DNA of 64,000 nucleotides from Candidatus Nealsonbacteria bacterium (GTDB lineage Bacteria; Patescibacteriota; Minisyncoccia; Minisyncoccales; JANBVM01): NCBI GenBank assembly GCA_026016225.1, contig CP061210.1, positions 517,882 to 581,881 of the forward strand, read 5' to 3'. Shown piece by piece: positions 63,572 to 64,000 of this stretch (position 1 is its first letter; each line of letters starts with the position of its first letter). The notes under the pieces were generated by a model. It saw only the letters and a program-made list of their open reading frames with translations, ran no database searches and was not told where the DNA came from. The position numbers and the translations under genes were made by a program.

Positions 63572-63856
63572 ATGCTTGACAAGTTATTAAAATGGATGTA
63601 TAATTATGGTATGAAAGAATATAAAATAAGGTTCGTTAAAAATAAAAAAGGAGAAAAATTTACTGTCATTAACTCTTCTTATTTCCATCTTAAGCCTAAG
63701 CGACTTGAAGTGGGTGATAAGATAGATTTAGATACTAATCCAATCTTAGCTTTCCGCTCAAATCAGCATTTTTCTGCTACTTCCAAATATGAAGTAGTTA
63801 AAATCATGAATAGATTTGGATTAGATGAAGATCAAATTGATATTAAGATTTTATAA
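63572..63856 (+). CDS. Hypothetical protein (about 94 aa)
   Basis: Trimmed from track ORF 63368..63856, whose N-terminal 68 codons are a read-through of the tandem repeats. Starts at MLDKLLKWMYNYGMKEYKIRF. Confidence 0.3.
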   Translation: MLDKLLKWMYNYGMKEYKIRFVKNKKGEKFTVINSSYFHLKPKRLEVGDKIDLDTNPILAFRSNQHFSATSKYEVVKIMNRFGLDEDQIDIKIL

Positions 63857-64000
63857 CTATCTTTCTCCTTTCAAACTCTATTTTTTTTCTTTTTTTTGTT
63901 CTTTATATTTTGTCCATATATTTTGTCCATTTCGGACGAATAGGAAAAAGACTGATAATTTGGCAAGTAAGGACTCGAGTCCTGAAGAGCAAAGGTAAAA

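Noticed and set aside
63368-63856. 162-aa plus-strand ORF
   Set aside because: The N-terminal 68 codons are translation of the 50-bp tandem repeats (RAKRESRF... pattern repeats). Only the region from 63572 onward has non-repetitive, protein-like sequence.

Overview
This 64 kb window is AT-rich and gene-dense, with almost all genes on the minus strand. Many ribosomal proteins carry C-terminal low-complexity tails (S16, L32, L7/L12, NusB, SHMT). This is consistent with a small-genome bacterium of the CPR/Patescibacteria type (inference). The translation backbone is recognisable: rplJ-rplL, tRNA-Tyr/tRNA-Thr/rpmG/tRNA-Trp, trmD-khpA ... rpsP, and rnc-nusB-rpmF-rnhB. There is a folate/one-carbon cluster (folA-thyA-glyA plus a CofE-like ligase) and assorted housekeeping genes (guaB, nadK, metK, pcm, mltG, rarA, macAB-like efflux, prmC).

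The most interesting accessory content is a putative defence island at about 26.5-34.7 kb. It holds a five-to-six-gene minus-strand operon: a small ORF, a membrane protein, an AbiV-like protein, a UvrD-like helicase with a Cys4 insert, a TcmP-like methyltransferase-fold protein, and a SplB-like radical-SAM-like protein with a variant CX3CX3C motif. Beside it sit a small Hjc/Mrr-like nuclease and a full-length LexA (HTH, Ala-Gly cleavage site, S24 peptidase) fused to a beta-class N6/N4 DNA methyltransferase. That fusion converges on, and overlaps, a putative restriction endonuclease.

Other notable items:
- An unannotated hicA coupled to hicB by an ATGA overlap.
- metK interrupted by a +1 frameshift at a prfB-like site (SD-like GGAGGGG, 3 nt, CCC UGA C).
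- A duplicated HD-domain gene flanking a 10 kb block.
- A GC-richer 4.6 kb insertion splitting the rpsP-khpA-trmD operon, containing 105-bp direct repeats and long non-coding, structure-rich stretches.
- Several families of short interspersed repeats, including palindromic terminator-like elements that also occur inside gene 3' ends.
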